From: Lingula anatina
Taxonomy: Eukaryota; Animalia; Brachiopoda
Reading direction: 5' to 3'
Assembly (NCBI GenBank): GCA_051362555.1
Contig: CM120641.1
Span: 31,192,401 to 31,256,400 of the forward strand
DNA: 64,000 nt
Notes under the pieces: model-generated
Databases searched by the model: none
What the model saw: only the letters and a program-made list of their open reading frames with translations
Told to the model about the DNA's origin: nothing
Translations under genes and position numbers: made by a program
Shown here: positions 51,494-64,000 of the stretch, piece by piece
How the letters are laid out: each line of letters starts with the position of its first letter
Position numbering within the stretch: the stretch's first letter is position 1

Positions 51494-52295
51494 GTACAAT
51501 GTACGTGTTGATCAATTGATTTACATGGACAATTAATCTCAGCCTATCAGGGATTCAAGAAAGGAGGGGTGATCGCCACTGATTTCCATAAAAAGCATGA
51601 CATCAGCATAAATTAAGATATTTGTTAAAAACTGCGACGAGCAAAGAATATCTTCATTACGTCGAACATAAGATCTTGATGTCAAGAGATGTCGAGTAAA
51701 CAATCAAACTTTGGTCGTGAATTTGCCGAATTGGAGGGCGCGTTTAGAACACAAAAATGCGCCACTGTTAATTCTCTTGAATTTTGTTGGCGCAGCTCAC
51801 TCTAGGAATTGCGTCAACCTAATTTTTTCTGCGCCAATGACGCAAGGGCGCATCCTAGAATGAACACTGAGGTCAACAGATTGATTTTCCACAGATATTC
51901 ACAGATACGTCTCTAGATAAGTAGACAATCATTTTGGTCTGATGTCACCCTGTACTGAAATCTCAAGGATGATTACATGGCTTGTAAATGTTTGCATAAC
52001 TACTCAGGCATGGTCACTTAGCGAGTCCCTGCAAAGTCCCCTTGACAGTAATCAAGATAGTGAATTTCTCATCTGTGACAATAAAACAGCCCTTTAACAG
52101 ACAGACAAGACAAGGCAGGTTGCATAACAAGTGTTAATCATATTGGCGCAAAGCCCAGCTCTCATTGAGGTCCTGCAGAGCAAGTACAAAGCCTTCTGCC
52201 TGCGTGCAGAATTAATTGTTTCCTCCTGGCCAAACATAACAGGGTCGCCTCAGCAAATATGTCCACAACAATAACTGCGGCCCTGGGCGAGGGTA

Positions 52296-52480
52296 GATGT
52301 AAACCATATCAACTCGACCTTAGTATCATTTAAAGCCAACATGTTCACTTTCATCCATTACTCGAAAACTCTGCAAGACAATCCTCCATAGGAGTGATTG
52401 TTGCAGACTGGTTGCTCTTGCATGTAACATAAACTTGTATGTCAGCTGCTAAAATGACAGTGTTCAGACCATGTTAAAGT
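52296..52480 (-). pseudogene. L2/CR1-like LINE RT relic, 5' part
   Basis: The minus strand reads LAADIQVYV (degenerate YADDTQLY) followed by MEDCLAE. Confidence 0.55.
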
Positions 52481-52549
52481 ATGATATTTTCTACAGGTTA
52501 CATGTATAATAATGAGAATAGGATTGGACTTAACACAGCATCAAGGGAG

Positions 52550-55500
52550 GGCAGCCGAGACTAACGGCTTCATAGGAGAACCACAAATACTGCCATCATC
52601 ATTGCAGGGCAGCCGAGACTGCCAGAACATAGCAGGACCATCAAGACTGCCAGAACATGGCAGGACCACCGAGACTGCCAGAACATGGCAGGACCACAGA
52701 GACTGCCAGAACATGACAGGACCACCGAGACTGCCAGAACATGGCAGGACCACCGAGACTGCCAGAACATGACAGGACCACCGAGACTGCCAGAACATGG
52801 CAGGACCACCGAGACTGCCAGAACATGACAGGACCACCCAGACTGCCAGAACATGGCAGGACGACCCAGACTGCCAGAACATGGCAGAACGACCGAGACT
52901 GCCAATGTCATGGCAGGACGACCGAAACTGCCAATGTCATGGCAGGACGACCGGGACTGCCAATGTCATGGCAGGACGACCGGGACTGCCAATGTCATGG
53001 CAGGACGACCGGGACTGCCAATGTCATGGCAGGACAACCGGGACTGCCAATGTCATGGCAGGACAACCGAGACTGCCAATGTCATGGCAGGACAACCGGG
53101 ACTGCCAATGTCATGGCAGGACAACCGAGACTGCCAATGTCATGGCAGGACAACCGAGACTGCCAATGTCATGGCAGGACAACCGGGACTGCCAATGTCA
53201 TGGCAGGACGACCGAGACTGCCAATGTCATGGCAGGACGACCGAGACTGCCAATGTCATGGCAGGACGACCGAGACTGCCAGTGTCATGGCAGGACGACC
53301 GAGACTGCCAGTGTCATGGCAGGACGACCGAGACTGCCAGTGTCATGGCAGGACGACCGAGACTGCCAATGTCATGGCAGGACGACCGAGACTGCCAGTG
53401 TCATGGCAGGACGACCGAGACTGCCAGTGTCATGGCAGGACGACCGGGACTGCCAGTGTCATGGCAGAACGACAATGACTGCCAGTGTCATGGCAGGACT
53501 ACCATGACTTCCAATGTCATGGCAGGACAACCAGGACTGCCAGCATCATGGCAGGATGACCTTAACTGCCAATAACATGGCAGGACAACTGAGACTGCCA
53601 GTATCATGGCAGAACAAACAACCTTACCACAGGTCAATCAAGTCTATCAAAGCACGGGAAGACAATTGAAACTGCCAGAAAATGGAAAGGCAACCAACAC
53701 TGCAGCTTAATGGCAGGACAGCCAAGTCTGCCAAAATGATGGCAGGACGACCGAGACTGCCAGAACATGGCAGGACCACCAAAACTGCCAGTTTCATAGC
53801 AGGACAGCCGAACCTGCCATCAGAATGACAGGACAGCTGAATCTGCGAGAACGCTGGCAGGACAACCAATGTCTGCCAGCTACACGGCAAGACAACTGAG
53901 ACTGCCAGAACATGGCAGGACAACCGAGACTGCCAGTTTCATGGCAGGACAGCCGAACCTGCCTTCACAATGACAGGACAGCCGAATCTGCGAGAACGCT
54001 AGCAGGACAACCAATGTCTGCCAGCTACATGGCAAGACAACTGAGACTGCCAGAACATGGCAGGACCACGTAGACTGCCAGTTTCATGGCAGGTCAGCCG
54101 AACCTGCCATCAGAATGACAGGACAGCCGAATCTGCGAGAACGCTGGCAGGACAACCAATGTCTGCCCGCTACATGGCAAGACAACTGAGACTGCCAGAA
54201 CATGGCAGGACAACCGAGACTGCCAGAACACGGCAGGACCACGTAGACTGCCAGTTTCATGGCAGGTCAGCCGAACCTGCCATCAGAATGACAGGACAGC
54301 CGAATCTGCGAGAACGCTTGCAGGACAACCAATGTCTGCCAGCTACATGGCAAGACAATTGAGACTGCCAGAACATGGCAGGACCACGTAGACTGCCAGT
54401 TTCATGGCAGGACAGCCGAACCTGCCATCAGAATGACAGGACAGCCGAATCTGCGAGAACGCTGGCAGGACAACCAATGTCTGCCAGCTACATGGCAAGA
54501 CAACTGAGACTGCCAGAACATGGCAGGACAACCGAGACTGCCAGAACATGGCAGGACCACGTAGACTGCCAGTTTCATGGCAGGACAGCCGAACCTACCA
54601 TCAGAATGACAGGACAGCCGAATCTGCGAGAACGCTGGCAGGACAACCAATGTCTGCCCGCTACATGGCAAGACAACTGAGACTGCCAGAACATGGCAGG
54701 ACAACCGAGACTGCCAGAACATGGCAGGACCACGTAGACTGCCAGTTTCATGGCAGGTCAGCCGAACCTGCCATCAGAATGACAGGACAGCCGAATCTGC
54801 GAGAACGCTGGCAGGACAACCAATGTCTGCCAGCTACATGGCAAGACAACTGAGACTGCCAGAACATGGCAGGACAACCGAGACTGCCAGAACATGGCAG
54901 GACCACGTAGACTGCCAGTTTCATGGCAGGTCAGCCGAACCTGCCATCAGAATGACAGGACAGCCGAATCTGCGAGAACGCTAGCAGGACAACCAATGTC
55001 TGCCAGCTACATGGCAAGACAACTGAGACTGCCAGAACATGGCAGGACAACCGAGACTGCCAGAACATGGCAGGACCACGTAGACTGCCAGTTTCATGGC
55101 AGGTCAGCCGAACCTGCCATCAGAATGACAGGACAGCCGAATCTGCGAGAACGCTGGTAGGACAACCAATGTCTGCCAGCTACATGGCAAGACAACTGAG
55201 ACTGCCAGAACATGGCAGGACAACCGAGACTACCAGAACATGGCAGGACCACGTAGACTGCCAGTTTCATGGCAGGTCAGCCGAACCTGTCATCAGAATG
55301 ACAGGACAGCTGAATCTGCGAGAACGCTGGCAGGACAACCAATGTCTGCCAGCTACATGGCAAGACAACTGAGACTGCCAGAACATGGCAGGACAACCGA
55401 GACTGCCAGAACATGGCAGGACCACGTAGACTGCCAGTTTCATGGCAGGTCAGCCGAACCTGCCATCAGAATGACAGGACAGCTGAATCTGCGAGAACGC

Positions 55501-56720
55501 TGGCAGGACAACCAATGTCTGCCAGCTACATGGCAAGACAACTGAGACTGCCAGAACATGGCAGGACAACCGAGACTGCCAGAACATGGCAGGACCACGT
55601 GGACTGCCAGTTTCATGGCAGGTCAGCCGAACCTGCCATCAGAATGACAGGACAGCTGAATCTGCGAGAACGCTGGCAGGACAACCAATGTCTGCCAGCT
55701 ACATGGCAAGACAACTGAGACTGCCAGAACATGGCAGGACAACCGAGACTGCCAGAACATGGCAGGACCACGTAGACTGCCAGTTTCATGGCAGGTCAGC
55801 CGAATCTGCGAGAACGCTGGCAGGACAACCAATGTCTGCCAGCTACATGGCAAGACAACTGAGACTGCCAGAACATGGCAGGACAACCGAGACTGCCAGA
55901 ACATGGCAGGACCACGTAGACTGCCAGTTTCATGGCAGGACAGCCGAACCTGCCATCAGAATGACAGGACAGCCGAATCTGCGAGAACGCTGGCAGGACA
56001 ACCATGTCTGCCAGCTATATGGCAAGACAACTGAGACTGCCAGTTTCATGGCAGGTCAGCCGAGACTGCCAGAACATGGCAGGACCACCAAAACTGCCAG
56101 TTTCATGGCAGGACAGCCGACCTGCCATCAGAATGACAGGACAGCCGAATCTGCAAGAACGCTGGCAGGACAACCAATGTCTGCCAGCTACATGGCAAGA
56201 CAACTGAGACTGCCAGAACATGGCAGGACCACGTAGACTGCCAGTTTCATGGCAGGACAGCCGACCTGCCATCAGAATGACAGGACAGCCGAATCTGCAA
56301 GAACGCTGGCAGGACAACCAATGTCTGCCAGCTACATGGCAAGACAACTGAGACTGCCAGTTTCATGGCAGGACAGCCGAACCTGCCATCAGAATGACAG
56401 GTCAGCCGAATCTGCGAGAACTCTGGTAGGACAACCAATGTATTCCAGCTACATGGCAGGACCACATAGACTGCCAGTTTCATGGCAGGACAGCCAAACC
56501 TGCCATCAGAATGACAGGACAGTTGAATCTGTGAGAACTCTGGCAGGACAACCAAGTCTGCCAGCATCATGACTGGACAACCGAGACTGCCAACATGTCA
56601 GGACAACTGAGACTGCCAGAACATGGCAGGACAACGGAGACTGACATCAGAATAGCAGGACAACCCAATCTGCCAGCTACATGGCTGGACAACCAAGTCT
56701 GACAGCATCATGGCAGTCTG
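52550..56720. repeat. Satellite array: 28-bp monomers, 30-bp monomers, then a 173-bp higher-order repeat
   Basis: 28-mer gagactgccagaacatggcaggaccacc (about 52615-52895); 30-mer with ctgccaatgtcatggcagg (about 52895-53520); 173-bp period shown by ORF starts 54375, 54548, 54721, 54894, 55067, 55240, 55413, 55586, 55759. Confidence 0.97.
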
Positions 56721-56873
56721 GATCTGAACCCTAGATCTTTCATGGAGCATATATCCTATTTCCTGGAAATTCAGTAGCCGGGAGTCCCTGAAAGTAAAAG
56801 AAGAAAATCAGATGAAAAAAAAAACTATTTCATAAAGCAATGTGCAGATCATTACAACATCATATTTTAGCAT

Positions 56874-57040
56874 TCTTTTACAGAACTAGATGGTTTTATA
56901 AGAACATCTCCTATGCAATGTTGGCATTTGCTGCATTTTTCCTATTTGCCTTGAACATTGATGTAAACCATATCAACTAAGTCATACTATCATTTAAAGC
57001 CAACATGTTCACTTTCATCCATTCTCGAAAACTCTGCAAG
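56874..57040. repeat. Uninterrupted duplicate of the LINE segment 31888-31979 + 52305-52378
   Basis: Single gatgtaaac at 56960-56968; flanked by direct repeats of about 30 bp (agatcattacaacatc.tatttt.gcatt). Confidence 0.88.
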
Positions 57041-60000
57041 AACATACAGTATGTAGATCATTACAACATCTTATTTTGGCATTTATATATAAAATTTTAT
57101 TCAACCTTGAAATAATATGAACATATTTGATGAAGCACCACATTTTCTTCAGTAGCAGACTTTACAATGCTTGTCAACAAACCAGGTGGCTGTTTATGAA
57201 TTAAGAATCACTTTACAGATTATTACCAGAAAAAAACTTTTAAGAAAAAAAAAAACATGGACTAGCTTTGAATTTTGGAATGGATTATATAAATATTTGT
57301 TAGTATGGGTATGGGATTTTTGGAAAATCATTGTTTTCCCCAGGTATATACTTTCTTTGCCAAAACAACCAGTTGTTATTCCTTTAACAGTTATTGGTAG
57401 GGCATATTGATGATCTAGATCTTGCCTTGTTTCATTCCACTAGAGAGGTCAGGTCAACTTTGATAGTAAGATAAATATCAGCCAAAAGGATCTTCTGTGA
57501 TAGAAAAATTCATGAGCTTTCCAAAACATTTTATTTTTCGGAAATCAAGCAAGCCAATCAAAAGTTATTAAATTTAAAAGAATGCTAGTCGCCCACAAAA
57601 TTTTGAAAAAGTCTGGTATCCAAGCATATATGTAACAGTGGAAGCCAAAAGTGTCACCTCATTGCCCAATAAATAAAACAAAATTGGCATAACTTTTGAA
57701 TGGAGTAAAATATCCATTTGAAATTTTCTGGAAAGTTACAGTATGCCAAGAAAAATCTGACAAGATATTATTTTCAATAATTCATCCATTATTTCCATGG
57801 CAACCATTGCTTAATATCAACAGTGATCAACACTTTTTTTTCAACCTTAAGGCAGGGTAGGAAATAAGGACCGGCAGCCCGGGACGGCTCAATTGTCACC
57901 CGGGCGGTCTCTTTCCAAAAGTTGCCAGTCCGTCGGTCTGGCCATTTTCTGGCCTCTAAAATAATTGTATATCAATATGCACGTTCATATTAAGCAGATT
58001 TGGCTGAAATAAAACGAAAACAATAAGGCTAGCCCTTCAAGAAATCGACACTCTCAAAAAATGAACGAAAACCGAAAGTACATGGTTATTCAATGTGTTC
58101 CCTGCATGCCTAACGCAAAGACCCATGTTATGAAACATCTGATACAAAGTATCAAACGCAGCATTTATATGCTTGTTTCTGAGACAAGTGACGAACGATG
58201 AGTGGTCATTCAAATTCACACAATCTCGTCTAATTACACAGTTTAAGTTTTGCTTCTTCTATAATCTGTAATTTTAATTGTAAGATGTCTTTCTCATAAA
58301 AAAATTAATTGAATGACGTCACGACGCACATGGATTATACAAGATTGCGCCCAAGTCGCAGTCAGGATTACCCCTGTCGCAGTCTACCCTCTGTAAGTAT
58401 TTTGGTGCTAATAATGTATGTGATGCCCCAGCATGTAAGAAAAGAACACAGGAAGGTATCAGACAGTCAAATAAAGTGTATGATGACACCAAAGCAGGGC
58501 TCCACAAGTAAAAATTCAGTTCAGACTAGTGAATTTGCAGGGTGGGCTGTCCGACGAACAGGTTATGTTTTATTAGAACTTAAGAACAAAAATCTTGAAA
58601 AAGAAATTTTTGTTGCATACTCCCTTCCTGGATTGCATTGAAAAGAGTGGCCTACATTTGGTACAAAACATGTGGTCCCAAAACGAAGTCTAAGCAAACT
58701 TACCACCAAATTATGAAAGTGAACACCTTCCAAAACTTCACAAGACAAAATTTATTCACATAACAGGCTGAATACTGAATATTTATTTGCTTAAAAATCT
58801 AAGTGCTCTAGTAACAAAGACCATTCCTTAAATAGAAACTACACAAGTACTGGGTACAACAGCCAGATTGGACTGGTTGTATCTAGTTTGTTGTCAAGGC
58901 ATACTGCCTGTCAATCAAATGTGTTGCACGCTATCTCCTCACAACCATATGAAGTTGGAAATTCAAACTTTGGGACTGAAGATCTTGTTGAAATGTTGTT
59001 TATTTGCATAGCCTAAAATTTTGCTTTATTTGTTTTATTTTATGACTCTAGCACCACCTGTGTTATTTACAGTTCAAAATTTGGTGCTGGAATTTGATAA
59101 ATAAGCAATGCTATCATATACCAGTGTGGTATTGATGTAAGGAAGAAAATTAGTAATAAAAATATGAGAATTTAAATAAAAAGGGGGAATTTTTTTAATG
59201 ACTGATTTTATTTAATTCATACTGTATATTAAAAAAACCAAACACGTTACCCCTAAAAAAAGCAAATTGAAGAAAGCAATATCAATTTAAAAACTTAAAA
59301 ATTTGTGACATTAATATAAGTAAACTATTATACAATGAATATTCTTCCATTTTTAATGAAATTTATTCAAATATTTAAAATTTTGAATATTTTAATAAGA
59401 TAATATAACACTGCGCCCCCCCCCCACCCCCCACCTCCAGCTCACAGTATTTTTTAAAGACTTGGTTAAACTTCATGTGAATCTGTTATCAAATTTCAGA
59501 TTTACAATAAGTGGACCCTGCACCCCAAACCCTGGGAAAAGCCCTGATCGAAACCATGTTAAAACAATAATAACTCTTCCTTTGAGATTCAAAATTCCGC
59601 AAGTAATACATTCTAAACAACACATGGAAATATATTATATTGCATTTCACCACTAAAACGGCTGTTATTGTAGTAAAACTAAAAACTGCTTGTCAATGGG
59701 GCTTTTGGTGCCTTTCTTCCCGGTAGTCAAGGCATCCGTTGCCAAGGATGTTGGCGCATCACGCAGATTTTCGTGTGCATTCGAGACCAAAATAACATGT
59801 GGCGGGATAAGATATAGCAGGCACATGACACAATCCTCAAACTTAAGTTGCGAGTTTTTGTACAGTGTGTCGGATAATGAAAAGCCCAGAACTGCACACG
59901 TTGTAGATATAAATGCATTCTGAGCAGTAAGACGATTATATCGTATGAATCTTATTTTATTGTAATAAAGTGTTGTTGTTGTCTGCTTTTCCTGCGGTTT

Positions 60001-60114
60001 TAAGTAGGTCATCAGAAAACCCCGCTCGATATCGCGTGACTTATGCAATGTCAGAGAGGGCTCCGTCAGTTAAAATCTCTTAAGAGATTTTAACAAAAAA
60101 ACAAGCATTTAGGA

Positions 60115-61907
60115 AAACAAGGCAGCAAAGCTGTCAAATGTACAGACAAAAAACAGAAAATAAAGATGCAAAAAATTCAACATCAAATTTTAATTATGCT
60201 CAACAGGTAATACCAATGTAAGTAAAATGTGTAACAAGCATAAGGCTTCAGGCCCATGGGAGTTCAAGTTCACACTTTGAAAATGTATAACTTCCAGAAA
60301 AAGAAGCCAATTAGACTACTTTTCCAACTCAGGCTGCATTTTAGTCCTGTATTTCTTTTTTGAAAGTTTGGCAATCATAAATAACATGGTTTTCCCATAA
60401 TGGTCATCATGGCAGCAGCACCCAAAATTGTGTTTTCTTCTATTCTGATGCAATATTACATAATGGTTAACAGCATAAAGACTGTCAATTTTTACAAATA
60501 AAATATATATACCATGGATTTTCAGAAAATGTGATATGGGAAGGTCGTCAGGCCCATGGAACTTCAAAGTCACAACTTGAAAATGCCAAAATGTAAACAA
60601 GACAGCACTGTTCTGAAATGTTTTTTTTTTAGCATAAAACAAAATAAACAGTTTACTGCCATTTTTATATGATCAACTAATAAAAATATCAATATCAATG
60701 TCCAATTTCTTCCATTCTGAGATTCTGAACATAGTGAATGATTGAATCTGACAAACTGCTATGAGTAATGACATGAGTTTAGTTCCATTTTTGAAACTTT
60801 ATTACACAATATACGATAATAAGTTTACCATTATTTTTACAAAATCAACTGACAATGTTGTAAAGATGCTGGAAATGTCAAAATAACACTTTTACGTATC
60901 TTATTAGTTAAATAATGAGACTGTTAACATGCCTAAGAATTGAATCTGAGGAAATATGAAAAAACAACATAACTTCTAAAATAATGGCCCAATTATGCTG
61001 ATTTTCGAACTCAACCTGTGTTTTAGCAGCATTGACCACTCCTGTGAGTTTAATGACAATTGGCCTATCTGTTTTCCTTATATTGTGTTTATAGTGTTGC
61101 ATATATGCTGAAAAGGGGAAAAAAAGCATAACTACTAAAATAGTGGCCCGATCATGCCGCTTTTTCGAACTTGACCTTAATTTAGTAAGATCGATTACCG
61201 CAGTGAGTTTCATGACAACAGGCCTATCAGTTTTCCTTGAAATGTGTTTACAGTGTTGCATAATTATATGCTGAAAAGTGAAAACATCTTAAAAATGACA
61301 GTTTGAAAAATTAAAAATTAAAGAAAAAATTACAAAAATATTCCACTAAAGCTGCCATTCAGTCTAGGTGCATAACCATGATATGAATCATCCAACTTGA
61401 GTTTAAACAGTGTAAACAACTCACAGAAATATAATATATTTTGTTTTACTACAAAATAGGCAGTCATAGCTATTATTCTGATATCTGAACTTGTCATCAG
61501 ACCATGTGACCTCTATAGATGGCTATACTTTGTAATAATTTCTTAAGAGATTATAACAAAAAAAAAAAAAAAAACCACTTTTTAGAAAAAAAAAAAAATT
61601 ATTTGCCAAAAAGAACAGTCAAGTTGCAAATATTGCACAACAGGTAGTATCAATAAAAGTTAAATGTTACATGTCCTTGGGAGTTATAAGTCCCACAATG
61701 AAAATTCCAGTCTGTGAAAGATAAAAGTTCACAAAATGTACAACAGAATAACATGGTCAATAAGATTACAGTTTCAGGACCATATGTGAGAGTTCAAATT
61801 CACATAATGAAAATCCCAATATGTGAAAAAAGATGACAGTGCATAAAATAATATAATTACACAATGTTTAAAGACATAAAAACCAACACAACTCCTTATG
61901 TGGAAAA
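60115..61907 (-). mobile_element. HINE family 1, second copy, interrupted at 61907
   Basis: Near-identical to 7511-7570, 10100-10250, 10550-10860, 11500-12100 and 7840-7965. Confidence 0.8.
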
Positions 61908-64000
61908 GGGTCAAAACACGGTATTTGAAATGTCTCTGACGGGACATTTTAGAGACAATTTTAAAAATTACAGTTGGTAAATGATCCACATGGTTACTTT
62001 TAAATACATTTTTATTTAGCTGGACCATAAAGGATTATGTAAAACAAGCAGCTAATTTGTATTGAAATAAATGTGGGAATTACAATCACTTAAAGATCGG
62101 TCTCTGACGGGACATTTTTGACCCCTGTATTTTTTTACTAAAACTCCAATGCAAAATTCTCTTTGAAATTTCATTTAATCAAGACTTTTGTAATTCGTAT
62201 TGCAAGGTACAAGTCTTGGGAAGCAATTAATGCACAAACAGGCCAGTTTTGTTTTCTTTCCTTGGCAGCATGGGTTGTTAAGTGTAAAAAGTCACTGTCT
62301 CTGACGGGACACTTTTGGGCACTATTGAAAAATCTTAGAAAAGAGGTTTAAAAAGTCACATTTTTGTATGTAGTGAATCTTACTTGATGGTTATTGCAAA
62401 ACAGCATTTCTGTACATTAGAAAAATCACCAGATACAATATGTTTATAATATTAATTAATTAATTATCATGACACGGCGATAAGGCACAGTATAATTTTC
62501 ACGTAATCCACTGTCCATTACTGCTATTTCTCAATATCAATCAACACTGTCCATGATAGTTCACATAATAATTCCTGTTTTTCAATTAGTCTTAGAAAAC
62601 ATATCTTTTCTGCACTTTAGAGATTTTTTTCAACCAGTCACATTAACAGGTGATGGAAACAAGTTAAGTCCACGAGTGTCTATGCTAGGCATTGGAAGGA
62701 CTTCCTTGGCATTTTTACGGGAATCCATGCTTTATCTTCTGTGGCAGGGTACACAAAGATTCTTTTGCCAGAACCTTCATTACGTTAGAAACTGACTTCC
62801 ATTTTGCCGTCTTCAGTGTCATGGGTGACCTGACCTAAGAATTGTTTTACTCCTTTCCTGGCAGCAAACTCCGCAATGACAAAATTTCCCTGGTGAGACT
62901 GAGCTGTGCCTTGACTGACACTGTCATAGTGCAGATGTGCAGGCAAATCAAAGTCCACAGTCATATGAGTAAGTTTAGCATATTAAGAGGGTTGCTGGTA
63001 CTGAGAATTGGTTGACACAAGTACATGTATACCTGACTGGGGCTGGGGCTGAAGCTGTTGGAAGTGTTGAATTCCTGGAACAGATGGACAGTTTACCCAG
63101 CGACTGCTGATGGGCGCGGTAGCTGCTACAATATCTGCTACAGACAGGTACATTACGTTGACATTGGGGCATAATTCTTTGCCAGCCAAATAGAATTGAT
63201 AAGGTGTATCTACAACCATTTTTCTCTGGAGCACAGCTCCCCAAACCTGATGTTTCATTTCCCCTATGATTCTATCCACTGGTCCTTTGCCATGGGCAGT
63301 GGTATAAAAAGTACCACAGTGCTTCCATACCAAAATCTCATTCATGATAGTACCTTGTTTAGACAGTAAAAACCAATTTTTGAATTGAATGGGGGTTTGG
63401 GCTCTGTCTGACCAGTAATGGACTTTGCTGAATGATTGCTGGTGTTGGAGGTCTTCGAGAATGGCCTTATTACAAGTAAAAACGGACTGTTTGTTATGGT
63501 GCAGATCATCAGATACCACAACATATGGTTGGAGCTGGAGGTCTCCTTCAGACTCTGTTCTAAATCATGCACATGCAGTGAACAGAATTACCTGCTCACA
63601 GTTCTAGTGCTTTGACATGATCTCTGACGGCACATGTCAACACCTAATCACTGACAGTCAACCTAGCTAATAATCAGTAATAGTTAATGAATTACCCAGT
63701 AATGATCAGTTGCAAAAGAAAAATAAGAAATGTAACACACCAGAACACTTGAAAATGATTCAGTTGAAGATGTAAAACCTTGTGTTTTACATCTGTCAGA
63801 AAATGTCCCGTCAGAGACTGAAAATGTCCCGTCAGAGACAATGATAAAATGTGGCAATAAATTCACTGTTAATTGTTTTAATTTTGTAATTTTTAGCTAT
63901 AATCATTACTTATTATTATTTAAAAGAGGATTTGAAGTTTCATTTATACAACCTACCAGATGTGGAAAATATGAAAACTTTTCGAAGTCAAATGTCTCTG
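61908..64000 (-). mobile_element. Sola-like DNA transposon relic (right end probably outside the window)
   Basis: HINE similarity breaks at a GGG terminus (61908). The subterminal motif tctctgacgggaca occurs three times at the left and twice inverted at 63800-63840. Contains a degenerate transposase. Confidence 0.6.
62983..63570 (-). pseudogene. Degenerate DDD-type (Sola-like) transposase
   Basis: VSDDLHHNK..V, VHYWSD..QFKN and FYTTAHGKGPVD.I.GEMK motifs, with frameshifts. Confidence 0.7.

Larger units (their letters stand above)
31997..51869 (-). mobile_element. hAT-A transposon (about 3.3 kb of own sequence), split by hAT-B
   Basis: TIRs cagtattcattctagga / tcctagaatgaacactg; 6-bp TSD agggca / aggtca; transposase pieces lie at both ends. 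Confidence 0.88.
31980..52295. mobile_element. MULE-type MITE (own sequence about 31980-31996 plus 51870-52295), split by hAT-A
   Basis: Ends taccctctaccagggc / gccctgggcgagggta; perfect 9-bp TSD gatgtaaac at 31971-31979 and 52296-52304; internal similarity to 21298-21434. Confidence 0.88.

Noticed and set aside
52550-56720. CRISPR-like array or repetitive protein ORFs
   Set aside because: The repeats are head-to-tail with no unique spacers and no cas genes, in eukaryotic DNA. The ORFs occur in many frames on both strands, as expected for a stop-poor satellite.
57853-57960. GC-rich segment starting cagggtaggaaataag (hAT-like end)
   Set aside because: No matching opposite TIR or convincing transposase remnant found.
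22399-59546. 16-bp perfect inverted pair cagggcttttcccagg / cctgggaaaagccctg suggesting a 37-kb element
   Set aside because: The flanks (gttgcatg versus atcgaaac) show no TSD; more likely ends of independent copies of a small hAT-like family.

Overview
AT-rich eukaryotic DNA with spliceosomal introns, most likely from an invertebrate animal (inferred; no taxon can be assigned). There are no prokaryotic features. Three blocks dominate. (1) 1-15015 (-): a multi-exon DUF6729-family, transposase-like gene. It carries arrays of duplicated microexons, has lost its predicted catalytic core through a deletion, and has a large intron filled with nested elements. (2) 31630-52480: a five-level nested insertion that can be rebuilt from TIRs and TSDs. 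An L2-like LINE fragment is split by a MULE-type MITE (9-bp TSD), which is split by hAT-A (6-bp TSD), which is split by hAT-B (6-bp TSD, apparently intact spliced 665-aa transposase). hAT-B contains a 12.7-kb Helentron-type composite carrying a 19-exon fragment of a host extracellular multi-lectin gene (MAM, F-type lectin, MAM, MAM, CCP, CCP, C-type lectin, WSC, fibrinogen-N-like, F5/8C). (3) 52550-56720: a satellite showing the transition from 28/30-bp monomers to a 173-bp higher-order repeat. The rest is Tc1 relics (including a foldback), MITEs, a Sola-like relic and microsatellites. All coordinates were read by eye and may be off by a few bases; family names come from motif recognition, not database searches.
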